The position numbers and the translations under genes were made by a program. Below are positions 30,827-41,879 of a stretch of 64,000 nucleotides of DNA, in pieces. The first letter of the stretch is position 1. Each line of letters begins with the position of its first letter. The notes under the pieces were generated by a model. The model was not told the origin of the DNA, ran no database searches, and worked only from the letters and a program-made list of their open reading frames with translations. Source of the stretch: Candidatus Dadabacteria bacterium (GTDB lineage Bacteria; Desulfobacterota_D; UBA1144; Nemesobacterales; CSP1-2); the NCBI GenBank assembly GCA_963805855.1, contig CAWDVW010000005.1, positions 1,022,297-1,086,296 on the forward strand, in the 5' to 3' direction.

Positions 30827-33800
30827 GTGGAGTCGCCGTTCGTCGGGGACAGCGAGATGGCGCAGCGCATGCGCGAGGTCGACTGGGCCGGTACGCCCCT
30901 CGGGCCGCCGGCGGGTTGGCCGCCCGCACTGCGCACGGCCGTCGAGCTGCTGCTGCGTTCGCAGCTTCCGATGTACGTCGCGGCGGGCCCGCGGTGGTCG
31001 CTGCTCTACAACGACGCCTACGCCCCGATGCTCGGGGCGCGGCACCCGGACGCGCTCGCGGCGGCGTTCGCGGACGCCTGGCCCGAGGTGTGGCCGGGTC
31101 TGCAGCCCGTGCTGGCGGACGCGCTGGCCGGCAAGGCGGTCTTCCAGGAGGACATGCCGATGCTGCTCGCCCGCCGCGGCTGGCCGGAGGAGGCGTGGTT
31201 CACCTACTCGCTGAGCGCGATCGGCGGCGAGGACCCGGGCGCGGACGGGGTGTTCTGCGCCTGCACCGAGACCACCGCGCAGGTCGTCGGCGAGCGGCGG
31301 CTGCGGGCGCTGGGCGAGCTCGCCGAGCTGGGCAGCGCGACGGACGTGGAGGCGGCGGGTGCGGCCGCCGTCGAGGTCCTGTCGCGCTACCGCGCGGACG
31401 TCCCGGCCGCGCTGCTCTACCTGCTCGGCGACGACGGCGCGCGCCTGGTGGCCGCCGAGGGCGTCGAGCCGGGTGGGGCCGCTGGCCCCGCGGACCGTCG
31501 GCGACGACGGGTTCTGGGCACCGGCGCTCCGCGAGGTGGTGTCGAGCGAGCACAGCACGGTCGTCGAGGGACTCGCCGCCACCCTGCCCGAGGGGCGGCT
31601 GCCCGGCGCGGGCCCGCTGCATCCCGGGCTGCTCGGCGGCGAGCGGCACGACGAGCGTCCGTTCGACGCTGCCGTCGTCCTGCCCGTCCGCATCGGCGCC
31701 GGCGGGCCCGCCGCCGTGCTGGTCGCCGGCGTGAGCCCGTACCTGCCGTTGGACGAGGAGTACCGGGCGTTCCTCGAACTGGTCGGCCATCACCTGTCCA
31801 CGGCGGTGACGGCGGCGGACGCCTTCGCGGCCCAGCAGCGGCGCGCCGAACGACCTGACCGAGCTGGACCGGGCCAAGACGGCGTTCTTCGCCCGGATCA
31901 GCGACGAGTTCCGCACGCCGCTCACGCTGGTGCTCGGGCCGGTCGCCGAGCTGCGCGACGCCGCGCCGCCCGGTTCGGGCCTGCGCACCGATCTCGAGCT
32001 CGTGCACCGCAACGCGCAGCGCCTGCGGCGGATGGTCGACCGGCTGCTGGAGCTCTCGCGGCTGTACGCGGGGCAGGTCGACCCGCACTTCGAGCCGGTC
32101 GACCTCGCCGCGCTCACGGCCGGCCTGGCCGGGATGTTCCGGTCTGCCGTCGACCACGCCGGGCTCACCCTCGAGCTGGACTGCCAGGAACTCGGCGAGC
32201 CCGCCTTCGTCGACCGGTCGATGTGGGAGCAGGTGGTGGTCGCCCTGCTCGCGCGGGCCGTCGCCGTCGCACTCCGGGCGGATCACGGTCACCCTCGGCC
32301 GGGAGGGCGGTTCCGCGGTTCTGCGGATGGCGGCCACCGGCACTGCTGCGACGCCGCCCGACGACGGCGGCGTCGGGCCGGCGCTGGTCACCGAGCTGGT
32401 GGGGTTGCTCGGCGGCACGGTGACCACCGATCCGGCGACCACGAGGCGGATGGCGGTCGGCCGTGACCGTCGCGGTGCCGCTGGGCCGCCACCACGTGCC
32501 ACCCCGCCCCTCGGGTACGGCGCGCCGACGACTCCGGGCCGCTGCGGGTGCGTGTCCGTCACCGAGGCGCTGTGGTGGCTTCCCGGAGGCCGACGCCGGG
32601 GATCCGCCGTCCGTCCTCCTGCCGGACAACCCTGACGCGAGCCGCATCCTGGTGGTCGACGACCACGCGGACATGCGCGCCTACCTCACGCGGCTCCTCG
32701 GCCGCACGCACCGCGTCGAGGCCGTGGCGGACGGGGCGGCCGCGCTGGTCGCCGCCGTGGCCGACCCGCCCGACCTCGTGCTCGCCGACGTCTCGCTGCC
32801 CGGGTTGAGCGGCCTGGACCTGCTGACCGCGCTGCGGGGCGACCCGCGCACCTCCCTGGTGCCGGTGGTGCTCATGTCGGCGCGGGCCGGGCCGGAGGCC
32901 GCCGTCGAGGGTCTGGGCGCCGGCGCCGACGACTACCTCGTCACCCCGTTCTCGGCCCGCGAGCTGCGGGCACGCGTCGACGGCCGGGTGGCGCTCGGCC
33001 GGGCGCGTCGCGAGGCCGAGCGCCGCTTCCGGGCGATGGCCGACTCGACCCCCACGCTCATCTGGGCTGACGGGCCGGGCGGGCAGCGGCTCTTCGTCAA
33101 CCGGGGCTGGCTGGAGTTCACCGGCGCCGAGCCCGACGCCGACCTGGGCCTGGCCTGGCAGGACCGGATCCATCCGGCCGACCGGGCGCACTACGGCCGC
33201 GTGCGCGCCGCCGCGGACGGCGGGCCGTTCGAGGTCGAGTACCGGCTGCGCGCCGCGAACGGCCACTACCGGTGGGTGCTCGACCGCGGGGCGCCGGCGG
33301 AGGGGTACGTCGGCGGCTACGTGGGGGGCTGCCTGGACATCGACAGCCGGGTCGGGGAGCGGGAGCGGCAGCGGCTGCTCGCGGTCATCGGCGCAGCCAT
33401 GGATCGGGAGACGACGGTTGTCGAGCGCCGGCAGACGCTCGTGCGCACCCTGGTCGACGAGGGCCTCGTCGACATGGCGCGGTTCGTCGAGATCAGCGAC
33501 GGGCAGGCGACGGACGGCCTGGCCATCGCGGCGCACACCGCCGAGCAGGAGGCGGTGCTGCGCCAGCTCGACGTCGACTGGATGCGGGTGGGCCGGATGG
33601 TCACCGCGGGCGAGGTGCGGCAGTACGACGTCGACGACGACTTCATCCTCGCCAGCAGCACGGACGAGCGGCAGCGCGAGCTGCGGCGCAGTGTGGGTTT
33701 CGGCACTATCGCACTCGTCCCGCTCAGCGCGCGCGGGCAGACCTCGGGGCTGCTCGCGGTCGCGCGTCACCGCGACTCGACCCCGTTCGACGACGGCGAC

Positions 33801-36275
33801 ATCGCGTTGCTCGCCGACCTCGCCGAGCGCGCGGCCACGGCCCTGGACAACGCGCTGCTGCTGGAACGCGAGCAGGCCAACCGGGCGCGGCTGGAGGTGC
33901 TGCAGCGGGCGACCGCCGCGCTGTCCGCCTCGGCCACCCTCGAACAGGTCGCCGCTACCGCCGTCGAGCAGTTCGCCGGGCTGGCGCGGGCCACTGCGGT
34001 CATGCTGTGGCTGCTGTCGGGTACCGGCGGCGACGCGGTGCTCGAGCCGGTCGACGGCCTGGCGCTCGGCTCGCCGGCAGGCGGATCGCGGTCGACGAGC
34101 CGGTGGCCCCCGCCGAGGCGGCGCGCACCCGTGGCCCGGTGTGGGCGGAGGACGGCGATCCGGGCGCGGTCGACTGCATCCCGCTGGTCGCCGCCGGCAC
34201 GTGCTTCGGCGTCGTCGGGCTCGGCGGGCAGCCGCGCGACGTGCGCACCGGCGCCGCCCGCGCCGCGCTGACGGTGCTCGCGAAGCTGTGCGCGCAGGCG
34301 TTGCAGCGCGCCGGGCTGCTCGCCGCGGAGAGCGCGGCACGGCGGACGGCGGAGGAGTTCGGCGAGGTCGTCGGTGCGCTGTCCGGCGCGACGCGGCTCG
34401 TCGACGTCGCCGAGGTCGTCCTGGACCACACCGTCCGGCTGGGCGCGAGCTCCGCCGCGGTCCTGCTGCGCGCCGGGGAGCACCTCGACGTGCTGGCCGC
34501 GCGCGGCACGGGCGCGGTCCCGGCGACGGCCCGCCGGCTGCCGCTGGGCTCGCGTCACCCCGCCGCGCAGGCGGCCCGCACCGGCGAGCCCCTGTGGGAG
34601 GGCAGCAGGTGGGACGGCAGCGGACCGGACGCCGGCACGCTCGTCGCCGTACCGCTCGCGCTCGGCGGCCCGACCCGGCCCACGGGCGCGATCGTGCTGC
34701 GGTTCGCCGACGGGCGGCCGACCTTCTCCGCGCAGGAACGCGCCGCGGTGCTGACGCTGGCCGGGCAGTGCGCCCAGGCGCTGGACCGGGCGCGGCTGCA
34801 CCAGGCCGAGCACGACGTGGCGGACGTCCTGCAACGCAGCCTGCTCCCCCCGGCGCTGCCGCCGCTGCCCCGGCTCCGGGTCGCCGCCCGTTACCTGCCC
34901 AGCGCCGTCGGCATCGCCGCGGGCGGTGACTGGTACGACCTGCTGCCGATCGACGAGAACCGGGTCGCGGTGGTCGTCGGCGACGTCGTCGGGCACGGGG
35001 CGACCGCGGCCGCGGTGATGGGCCAGCTGCGCAGCGCGCTGGCGGCCTACCTGCTCGACGGCCACTCCCCCGCCGCCGCGCTGGAGCGGCTCGACCGGTT
35101 CGCCCGCCGGGTCCCGGGGTCGGCAGGCAGCACCTGCGTCTGCCTCGTGGTCGACTGCGGGACCGGCGCGCTGTGCTGGGCCAGCGCCGGGCATCCGCCG
35201 GTGCTGCTGCTCGAACCCGCCGGCCCGCGCTACCTCGAGGAGGGCGGCGGGACGGTGCTCGGGGTCGTGGGCCGCCCGCCCTACCGGCAGGCCGAGGCGG
35301 TGATCGAGCCGGGCAGCTCGGTGCTGCTCTACACCGACGGGCTCGTCGAGCGGCGCGGCGAGGTCCTCGACGAGGGCCAGGCGCGGCTGGCCCGGGCGGC
35401 CGGCCGGGTCCGCGACCTTCCCCCGGACGAGCTGGTGAGCGCCGTCGTCGACACGGCGCTGGCCGACGGCGCGCTGGGGGACGCGGCCGCGCCCGACGAC
35501 ATCGCCGTCGTCGCGGTCCGCCTGGTGCCCGGCCCGCTGCACGGGGTGCAGCCCGCCCAGCCGCGCCGGCTGCGGGTGATGCGCCGCGCCGTCGAGGACT
35601 GGGCGGCGGCGGTGGGGCTGCCGGACGAGGTGCTCGACGACCTGCAGTACGCGCTGGGCGAGGCCGCGGCGAACGCCGTCGAGCACGCCTACGGCAACAC
35701 CGGCGAAGGCGAGTTCCGGTACACGCTCGAACACCGCCCCGGGCCGGACGGTGGCGTCGCCGTCGAGGTGCGCGACGACGGCCGGTGGCGCCCCGTGCCG
35801 GCCGACTCCGGGCACCGCGGGCGCGGCGTGGCGGTGCTGCACGCCGTCGGGAAGGACGTGCGCATCGACTCCGGGGACGGTGGCACGACCGTCACCTTCC
35901 GGGTGCCCGTGCCGCCCGTCGAGGCGCCCCGCCGACCCCGCCTCGCGGCGCAGGCCCGGTCCGCGGGCCCGACGTCCGATCACCGCCGTTCCCGGCACGG
36001 ACCCACCCGTTCTGCGGGTGGCCGGGGACCTCGACCTCGACGGCGTCGCCGCCGTGCGCGGCGTGCTGCTGGCCGCGACGGGGCCCGCCGGGCTCGTCGT
36101 CGACCTGCACGACACCGGCTACGTGAGCAGCGCCGGGGTGGCACTGCTGGTGGAGCTGTCGACGCGGGTCGCCGCGCAAGGCGCGCCGTTCGCGCTGCGG
36201 GTCAGCGCGGGGTCGCCGGTGGCGCGGGTGCTGGACCTGACCGGGCTGCGGGCGGCGCTGCCGGTCGACCCCTGA
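30827..36275 (+). CDS. Giant signalling protein: PAS-GAF-degenerate HisKA/HATPase-REC-PAS-GAFs-SpoIIE(PP2C)-RsbW-like ATPase-STAS (several indels)
   Basis: DWAGTPLG PAS start; SDEFRTPL; LVVDD..D..LPG REC; LQRSLLP, GGDWYD, VGDVVGHG, YTDGL, DDIA PP2C; EAAANAVEHAY...RGRG; GDLD...SSAG STAS. Confidence 0.82.
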
Positions 36276-36825
36276 GCAGGCGGTGGTGCGTCCGGATCCG
36301 GGCGACGACGTCGTCGCGCACCTGCTCGGGCGGGGCGGAGGCGTCGACGACCTGCGCGCCGAGCCGCGGCACCAGCGCGAGGAATCCCTGCCGGACGGCC
36401 TCCAGCCCCTCGGGGGTGAACTCGCCCTTGCGGGCGAACGCGACCTCGCCGGGCAGGTCCAGGACCAGCACGAGGTCCGGCCGCGGGGCCAGGTGGGCGA
36501 GCACCCAGAAGTAGGGCCGCTTCAGCGAGCGCCACGAGCCGGTGATCGGCAGGAGGGCGTCGTAGGTGTAGCGGTCGAAGACGACGAGCCGGCCGCGGCG
36601 GGCGTGCACGGCCCCGCACGCGACGCGCCACCACACCCGGAACGGGCGCAGGACGATCGCCGCGACGGCGTGTAGGCGGGTGTAGCCGGGCCTGCCCGCG
36701 CCCTGCCACATGCCCATGTAGATCTGCCGGACCGGAGCCGGGTAGCTCTGCGCCAGCCCGGCGAGCAGCGTCGACTTACCGACACCGTCCGGGCCGAGCA
36801 GGGCGACGGTCAGGCCCGCGGACAC
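36272..36825 (-). CDS. Thymidylate-kinase-like P-loop protein
   Basis: GPDGVGKST, FDRY..D, PDLVLVLD, ARKGE; the 3' end is affected by an indel. Confidence 0.65.
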
Positions 36826-37274
36826 GCGTCCTCATGCGACGCGGTTCATCGACGGCACCGCGGCAACCTACCGGCTCGGCACGGCAGCCCCGAGATCACC
36901 GGGCCGGCGGCAGCGACTGCTGATCGGTGGCGCCACCGCCGACGTCGCCCGCAGCCTGCGCGTTCCACTTCCCGACCGCCGCGTCGAACTCCGAGCTCGT
37001 CCGGAGCCGCATCTCGGATTTCGTCACCGTCACCCCGAAGTGGTCGTCGACGGTGAACCCCCAGAATCCGGGGCAGCGCTCGCTGCCCGGAAGGGCAGAC
37101 CGTCCGCGCCGTCTCCGCGCACCGCGCGATCGGGCAGGCTGTTCCGCCTCGACTCCGGCACGATGTCACGTGCCCGCCGGCATGTGCCGGGGGCGCGAGA
37201 CAGGACCGAGGAGCCGACGGGAGCAATCTCGTGGTGCCTGCCACGCCGCCGTCTCGCGTGTGCGCCCCAATCCC

Positions 37275-37360
37275 CGCGAGTCGGCACGTTTGCCTGCGCG
37301 AGTCGGCACCTTTGCCACCGCGAGTCGGCACGTTTGCCGGCGCGAGTCGGGCACCTTCGT
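37275..37360. repeat. Four tandem 22-bp repeats
   Basis: CGCGAGTCGGCAC(G/C)TTTGCCnn starting at 37275, 37297, 37319 and 37341 (last copy degenerate). Confidence 0.85.
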
Positions 37361-37376
37361 CCTGCGGGAGGGCGTG

Positions 37377-38185
37377 ATGCGCACGCATCGGCACCTCGAC
37401 GACGAGGTCGCGGCGGGCAGGCAGGGCCCGCGGCACACCCCCTCGGGCCTGGCCGGCCTGCAGCGGGCGGCCGGCAACCGGGCCGTGAGCCGGCTGCTCG
37501 ACCCGGCGGTCCCCGTCCAACGCTGCGGCTGCGGGGGTGCACCGGGCCCGACCGTGGCCGAGCTTCCGATCCAGAGGTTCGGATTCGGCTTCCTCGGCGA
37601 CCTCGCATCGGAGATCGGTTCCCTGGCCGGCGGCGACGAGGCGGAACCCCTCCAGCAGAAGTCCGCTCCGGCCACCTGCTCGGAGCAGCCGACCTGGAAC
37701 CCCGAGGTCTCGATCCCCGCGGACATCCGGGCGGACACGGCGCTGGACTTCTCCCAGCAGGTCAAGTCGGCGCTGGGCGGCAACGCGCACATGAAGCCGT
37801 CGCTGGGCGCCCGACGTCGACGACAAGGGTCGAATCACCAAGGTCAACATGACGATCACGACCAAGATCGTGCGGCCGCGGTTCGCCGGTGGCCGCCCGT
37901 CCGACGAGGAGCGAGCCCTCGTAATTGGAGGGGCTCATCAAGGCCCACGAGGAGCGCCATCGGGACATCGCGAAGAGGTTCGCCCAGCGCGCGCTCTGCG
38001 CGGCGATCGGCAAGACCGGCGACACCTACGCGAAGGCCATCAACGGCGTCCTGTGCGAGATGAACAAGGCGCAGGAGGCGCTCGACAAGACCGAAGGCAC
38101 CGTGCGCTGGACCCTCGACCCGGGCGGAACCAAGGTCGTCGACGTGAGCCTCGCGCCCGAGCCGTCGGCCAGCTACCCCTGCTGA
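37377..38185 (+). CDS. Putative secreted/eCIS-type effector with HExxH metallopeptidase-like C-terminus (two indels)
   Basis: LQRAAGNRAVSRLL..VQR..IQR N-terminal motif; AHEERH.DIA in the C-terminal frame. Confidence 0.55.
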
Positions 38186-38218
38186 TCGCCACGACCGCAC
38201 AGGCGGTCCAGCCGGACC

Positions 38219-38917
38219 TCAGCCGCTCGAGTGCGCCGTCAGGGCGTCGCGGATGGTCAGGGGCGGCCGGTCGAGCAGGCGCTCCAAGGTCGGGTCGACG
38301 GCGGCGAACTCGCGGTTCCGGCTCGCGGCGAACAGGCCGACGAGCATCTCCGCAGCCGACGTCGGAACCCCGTGGGCGACCAGGTTCTCCCGGTACTGCG
38401 CGTCGGACACCACGGTCCGCCGGATCGGCCGCCCGGTGACCTCCGACGCGACCGCGGCGATGCCGGCGAGGTCGAGGGCCGTCGCGCCGGTCAGGGCGGC
38501 CGTCGGACGGTCGACGCTCTGCTCGGTCAGCAGGATCGCCGCCGCCTCGGCGAGATCCGCGTGGGCGGTCCAGGACACCGGGCCGTCTTCCGGGGCGGCG
38601 ACCTCGCCGGTCTGTAGGGCCTGTCGAGGAGCATCAGGCCCGACGACGCGTAGAAGCCGTTGCGCAGCACGGTGAACGCGAGGCCCGACTCCGTCAGCAT
38701 CGCTTCCGTGGCGGCGTGGTCCGGCATGGGCGCGAACGGCGACGCCCGGTTCGCGCCCATGTGGCTGGTGTAGACGATTTGGCCCACGTCGGCCTTGCGG
38801 GCCGCGTCGATCGCCGTGCGGTGTTGCCGGAGCGCGGCCTCGCCCGTGCTGGACGCGGAGACGAGCAGGACCTGCTCGGCATCCTCGAACGCCTCGGCGA
38901 GGCTCGCCGCATCGTCG
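38219..38917 (-). pseudogene. NmrA/SDR-like NAD(P)H-binding protein lacking its N-terminal GxxGxxG segment
   Basis: Begins at DDAASL.EAF..AEQVLLVS; has IVYTS, DH.ATE, LRNGFY; about 50 N-terminal codons are missing. Confidence 0.75.
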
Positions 38918-38919
38918 AG

Positions 38920-39462
38920 AGACCGGCCTGCTCGACGCCGTCGCCGAGTACGGCTTCGACACCTATCTCGCGCAGAAGGCCCTCCGCCCTTCCGGCGGCG
39001 ACCCGGTCGACGACCTGCGCACCGGCTGGGACCTGCACGTCGGTTTCGGGCTGGCCAACCCGGGGCTCTATGCGCTCATGTACGGCGACCCGCGACCCGG
39101 CGCCGCCTGTTCTGCAGCCGTGCAGGCGAGGCAGATGCTGCGTGCCCACGTCCGGCGGGTGGCGGAGGCGGGCCGGCTGCGCGTAGGTGAGGAGCTGGCC
39201 GTCGACCTGTTCCACGCGGCGGCCTCCGGGACGGTGCTCACGCTGCTTGCCGTCGCCGAGAAGGAGCGCGACCCGGCACTGTCCCCGCTCACCTGCGAGG
39301 CGGCGCTCGCGGCGATCACCACCGACACGCCGGCCGTACCGGCGCCGGGACCGGTCGGGGCCGCGGTCGCCCTCCAGGCGGCGTTGGGCGACGTCACCGG
39401 TCCTGACCATCGGCGAGCGCGCCCTGATGCGGGAGTGGCTCGACCGCATCGCGGCGAGCTGA
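38920..39462 (+). pseudogene. TetR-family regulator lacking its HTH
   Basis: Begins at TGLLDAVAEYGF..YL, then DPVDDLR.GWDLHV.FGLANP.LY.LMYG; no start codon or HTH. Confidence 0.75.
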
Positions 39463-39525
39463 TGCGTCGATCCGGCACGCGGAACGGTCCCCGGAGCGGG
39501 CTCCGGGGACCGTGGTACCGACGAC

Positions 39526-40377
39526 TCAGCTTGCGTGGGTCTCGATCGCCTCACGCACCTTCAGCGTCGTCGCAGCCGCCTGGGCCAGATCCTGCTGGAA
39601 CACCATGTTCATGCCGAACGCACTGTCGACCGTCCACATGCAGGTGGTCATCGGTGCGTGCTCGGCGCAGCGCATCGTGCCGCCGAGCGGCCCGGCCGGC
39701 TGGTCCACGAAGTTCAGCTCCTGGGAGCCCAGCGACTGCTGGAACCCGGCCGCCATCCCCGTCAGCACCTGGTCCGGGCTTCCGGCGGTCGTCGTGCCGG
39801 CGACGATCACGAATGCCGGCAGCTGCCCGGGATCGCCGTACATCCCCACCACCGGGTCCGCGGAGACGGCCGCCAACTGCTGCCGTGCCGCGTCGACCAG
39901 CTGCCGGGAGGACTCGTTGTCGATCAGCGGATGCCCGTCGACCACCGGCGGCAGGGACATGGTCACCGCTGTGGCGGCCGGCGCGGCGGACGGGGTCAGG
40001 CCCGGGATGGTGCGGGTTCCCGTGACCAGAAGCACGGCGGCACCGAGGAGCCCGATCATCAGGATCCCGGCCAGAGCGAACGCGACGATCTTGCCGGTGG
40101 AGGGTCCGGTTCGGGGTCGCCTGGCAGCAGGCAGCGGCGCCGGGGGAACGGCCCGCCCTGCTGGCCCCAGGAGTTCGCGTAGCCCGGGTGCTGCGGGTAG
40201 GTCTGCTGGTGGGGCGGGTAGGGCTGCTGCTGGGGTAGGGCTGCTGTGCGGGTAGGCCGGGTACGGCGGCTGCGCAGGGGCGGGGCTCGGGAACTGCTGA
40301 CCGGGGCCGGACGCGGGCCAGGCCCATTGCTGGGTCGGGCTGCCCGAGGGTCCGTTCACGCTGTCGGGCCGGGTCAT
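39526..40377 (-). CDS. Hypothetical membrane protein with Pro-rich N-terminus and one TM helix
   Basis: Pro/Gln-rich N-terminus, hydrophobic IVAFALAGILMIGLLGAAVLLV, extracellular domain with two Cys. Confidence 0.6.
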   Translation of the reverse strand: MTRPDSVNGPSGSPTQQWAWPASGPGQQFPSPAPAQPPYPAYPHSSPTPAAALPAPPADLPAAPGLRELLGPAGRAVPPAPLPAARRPRTGPSTGKIVAFALAGILMIGLLGAAVLLVTGTRTIPGLTPSAAPAATAVTMSLPPVVDGHPLIDNESSRQLVDAARQQLAAVSADPVVGMYGDPGQLPAFVIVAGTTTAGSPDQVLTGMAAGFQQSLGSQELNFVDQPAGPLGGTMRCAEHAPMTTCMWTVDSAFGMNMVFQQDLAQAAATTLKVREAIETHAS

Positions 40378-40842
40378 CTGCAGCTCCCTACGGTCAGTGC
40401 CGGGTGATGCGTTCAGGGTGGCGACCGCCGAGCCGGCACGGCATGAGGCAGACCCCCGGTCTGCGCCCGTACGCCCTACCACCTGAGGTAGGGCAGGCCC
40501 CTCCCCACGCCATCACCCTGCTGGATCGGGCCGCCCTGAATCTCAGCGAGAGCCTTTTCGTGCTCGGCGGCGGCTCCTGGCATGGGACGGCAGCCGCTCT
40601 GAGCGTGGGCACTCGAGTCATCACCGCGTACGATCCGCCGCAGCATGTGGTTGCGCCTAGGGTTCCGCCTGTCGCCTGCCTCCTCACCCACAACCAGGGT
40701 GATCAGGGTCTGGACCGAGCGGCGCCACGGCCTCCCGAACGACGTGTCGGGATCGGTCGACACCTGACGGGAGAGAAGCCCCGAGGGCTCCGTGTTCGAC
40801 GTGCCCATCTTCGGACGGGACCGACGCCAGGGGGCCTCCTCG

Positions 40843-41739
40843 ATGGCTACTGTTCTCGTTGCCCTGACCTCCGCGACCGCTGATCACGCCGCAAGCGCCC
40901 CCTCCGGAGTGACCGGCGGGGTCTTGGGGATCACCCTCGTCGCCGCGGTGCTGCACGCGGTCTGGAACGCGATGGCCCACGGGGTCTCCGACCGCCTGGT
41001 CGGATTCGCCCTCATCGGCGTGGCTTACACCGTCATCGGCGGGGCCGCCGCGCTCGTGCTCGGGCCGCCCCCACCGGCGGCATGGCCCTTCGTTCTCACC
41101 TCAGCGCTGCTCCACGTGATCTACACGCTGTTGCTGTGGGCGAGCTACCAGCTCGGCGACTTCAGCCAGGTCTACCCGGTCGTCCGCGGCACGGCACCCC
41201 TGGTGGTGGCGGCGATCGAGGTCGCGCTGGGCCACGTTCTGCCGGCGCGACAACTGGTGGGGATCGCGGTGATCTCGCTGGGGCTGATCAGCCTGGCCCT
41301 CGACGGCGGCCGCCTGACGCGCGCTGCGCTGCCCGCCCTGGGAGCCGCGGGAGCCACGGGGATCTGCATCGCCGGGTACACGGTCATCGACGCCGGCGCC
41401 GTCCGCGCGACCCCGGTGCTGGTCTACGCGGCCTGGATGTTCCTTCTCCAGGGACCGGTGATGCCGCTGATCGCCCTGCTGCGGCGTGGACGCGGCCTGA
41501 GAATCCCGGCCCGCGTGACGAGTGCGGGGCTCGGTGGTGGTGTGGTGTCGCTCGCGGCCTACGGGCTGGTACTCGTCGCCCAGACCAGCGGGGCAACCGC
41601 GGCGGTCGCCTCGCTGCGGGAAACCAGCATCGTCTTCGGAGCCGTCATCGGCACCGTGTTCTTCGGAGAACGCTTCGGGGTCGGCCGGGTGATCGCAGCC
41701 GCCGTGGTCGCCCTGGGCATCGCCGTGGTCAACGGGTAG
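40843..41739 (+). CDS. EamA/DMT family transporter
   Basis: AAVLHAVWN, GDFSQVYP..RG.AP, YTVID, LRETSIVF, GERFG. Confidence 0.88.
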   Translation: MATVLVALTSATADHAASAPSGVTGGVLGITLVAAVLHAVWNAMAHGVSDRLVGFALIGVAYTVIGGAAALVLGPPPPAAWPFVLTSALLHVIYTLLLWASYQLGDFSQVYPVVRGTAPLVVAAIEVALGHVLPARQLVGIAVISLGLISLALDGGRLTRAALPALGAAGATGICIAGYTVIDAGAVRATPVLVYAAWMFLLQGPVMPLIALLRRGRGLRIPARVTSAGLGGGVVSLAAYGLVLVAQTSGATAAVASLRETSIVFGAVIGTVFFGERFGVGRVIAAAVVALGIAVVNG

Positions 41740-41879
41740 CGCCGTACCGAATGGCACAGCTGAGCCGCTCGTACAGCGCGGACCACACTGCACTGTCCGC
41801 CACACCGCATCCGGGCTCGCGTGGCACAGAGCCCACGTGGGCGGCACCCATGAGACGACTACGTCCTCGTCGGCGACAG

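Noticed and set aside
36846-37250. Possible gene fragment (…PGFWGFTVDDHFGVTVTKSEMRLR…) on the minus strand
   Set aside because: No clear start or recognisable family; cannot be supported without a search.
37275-37360. CRISPR array
   Set aside because: The repeats are contiguous with only 2 variable bases; there are no spacers and no cas genes.
40394-40808. Short ORFs between the membrane protein and EamA genes
   Set aside because: No recognisable motifs or consistent codon bias; left unannotated.
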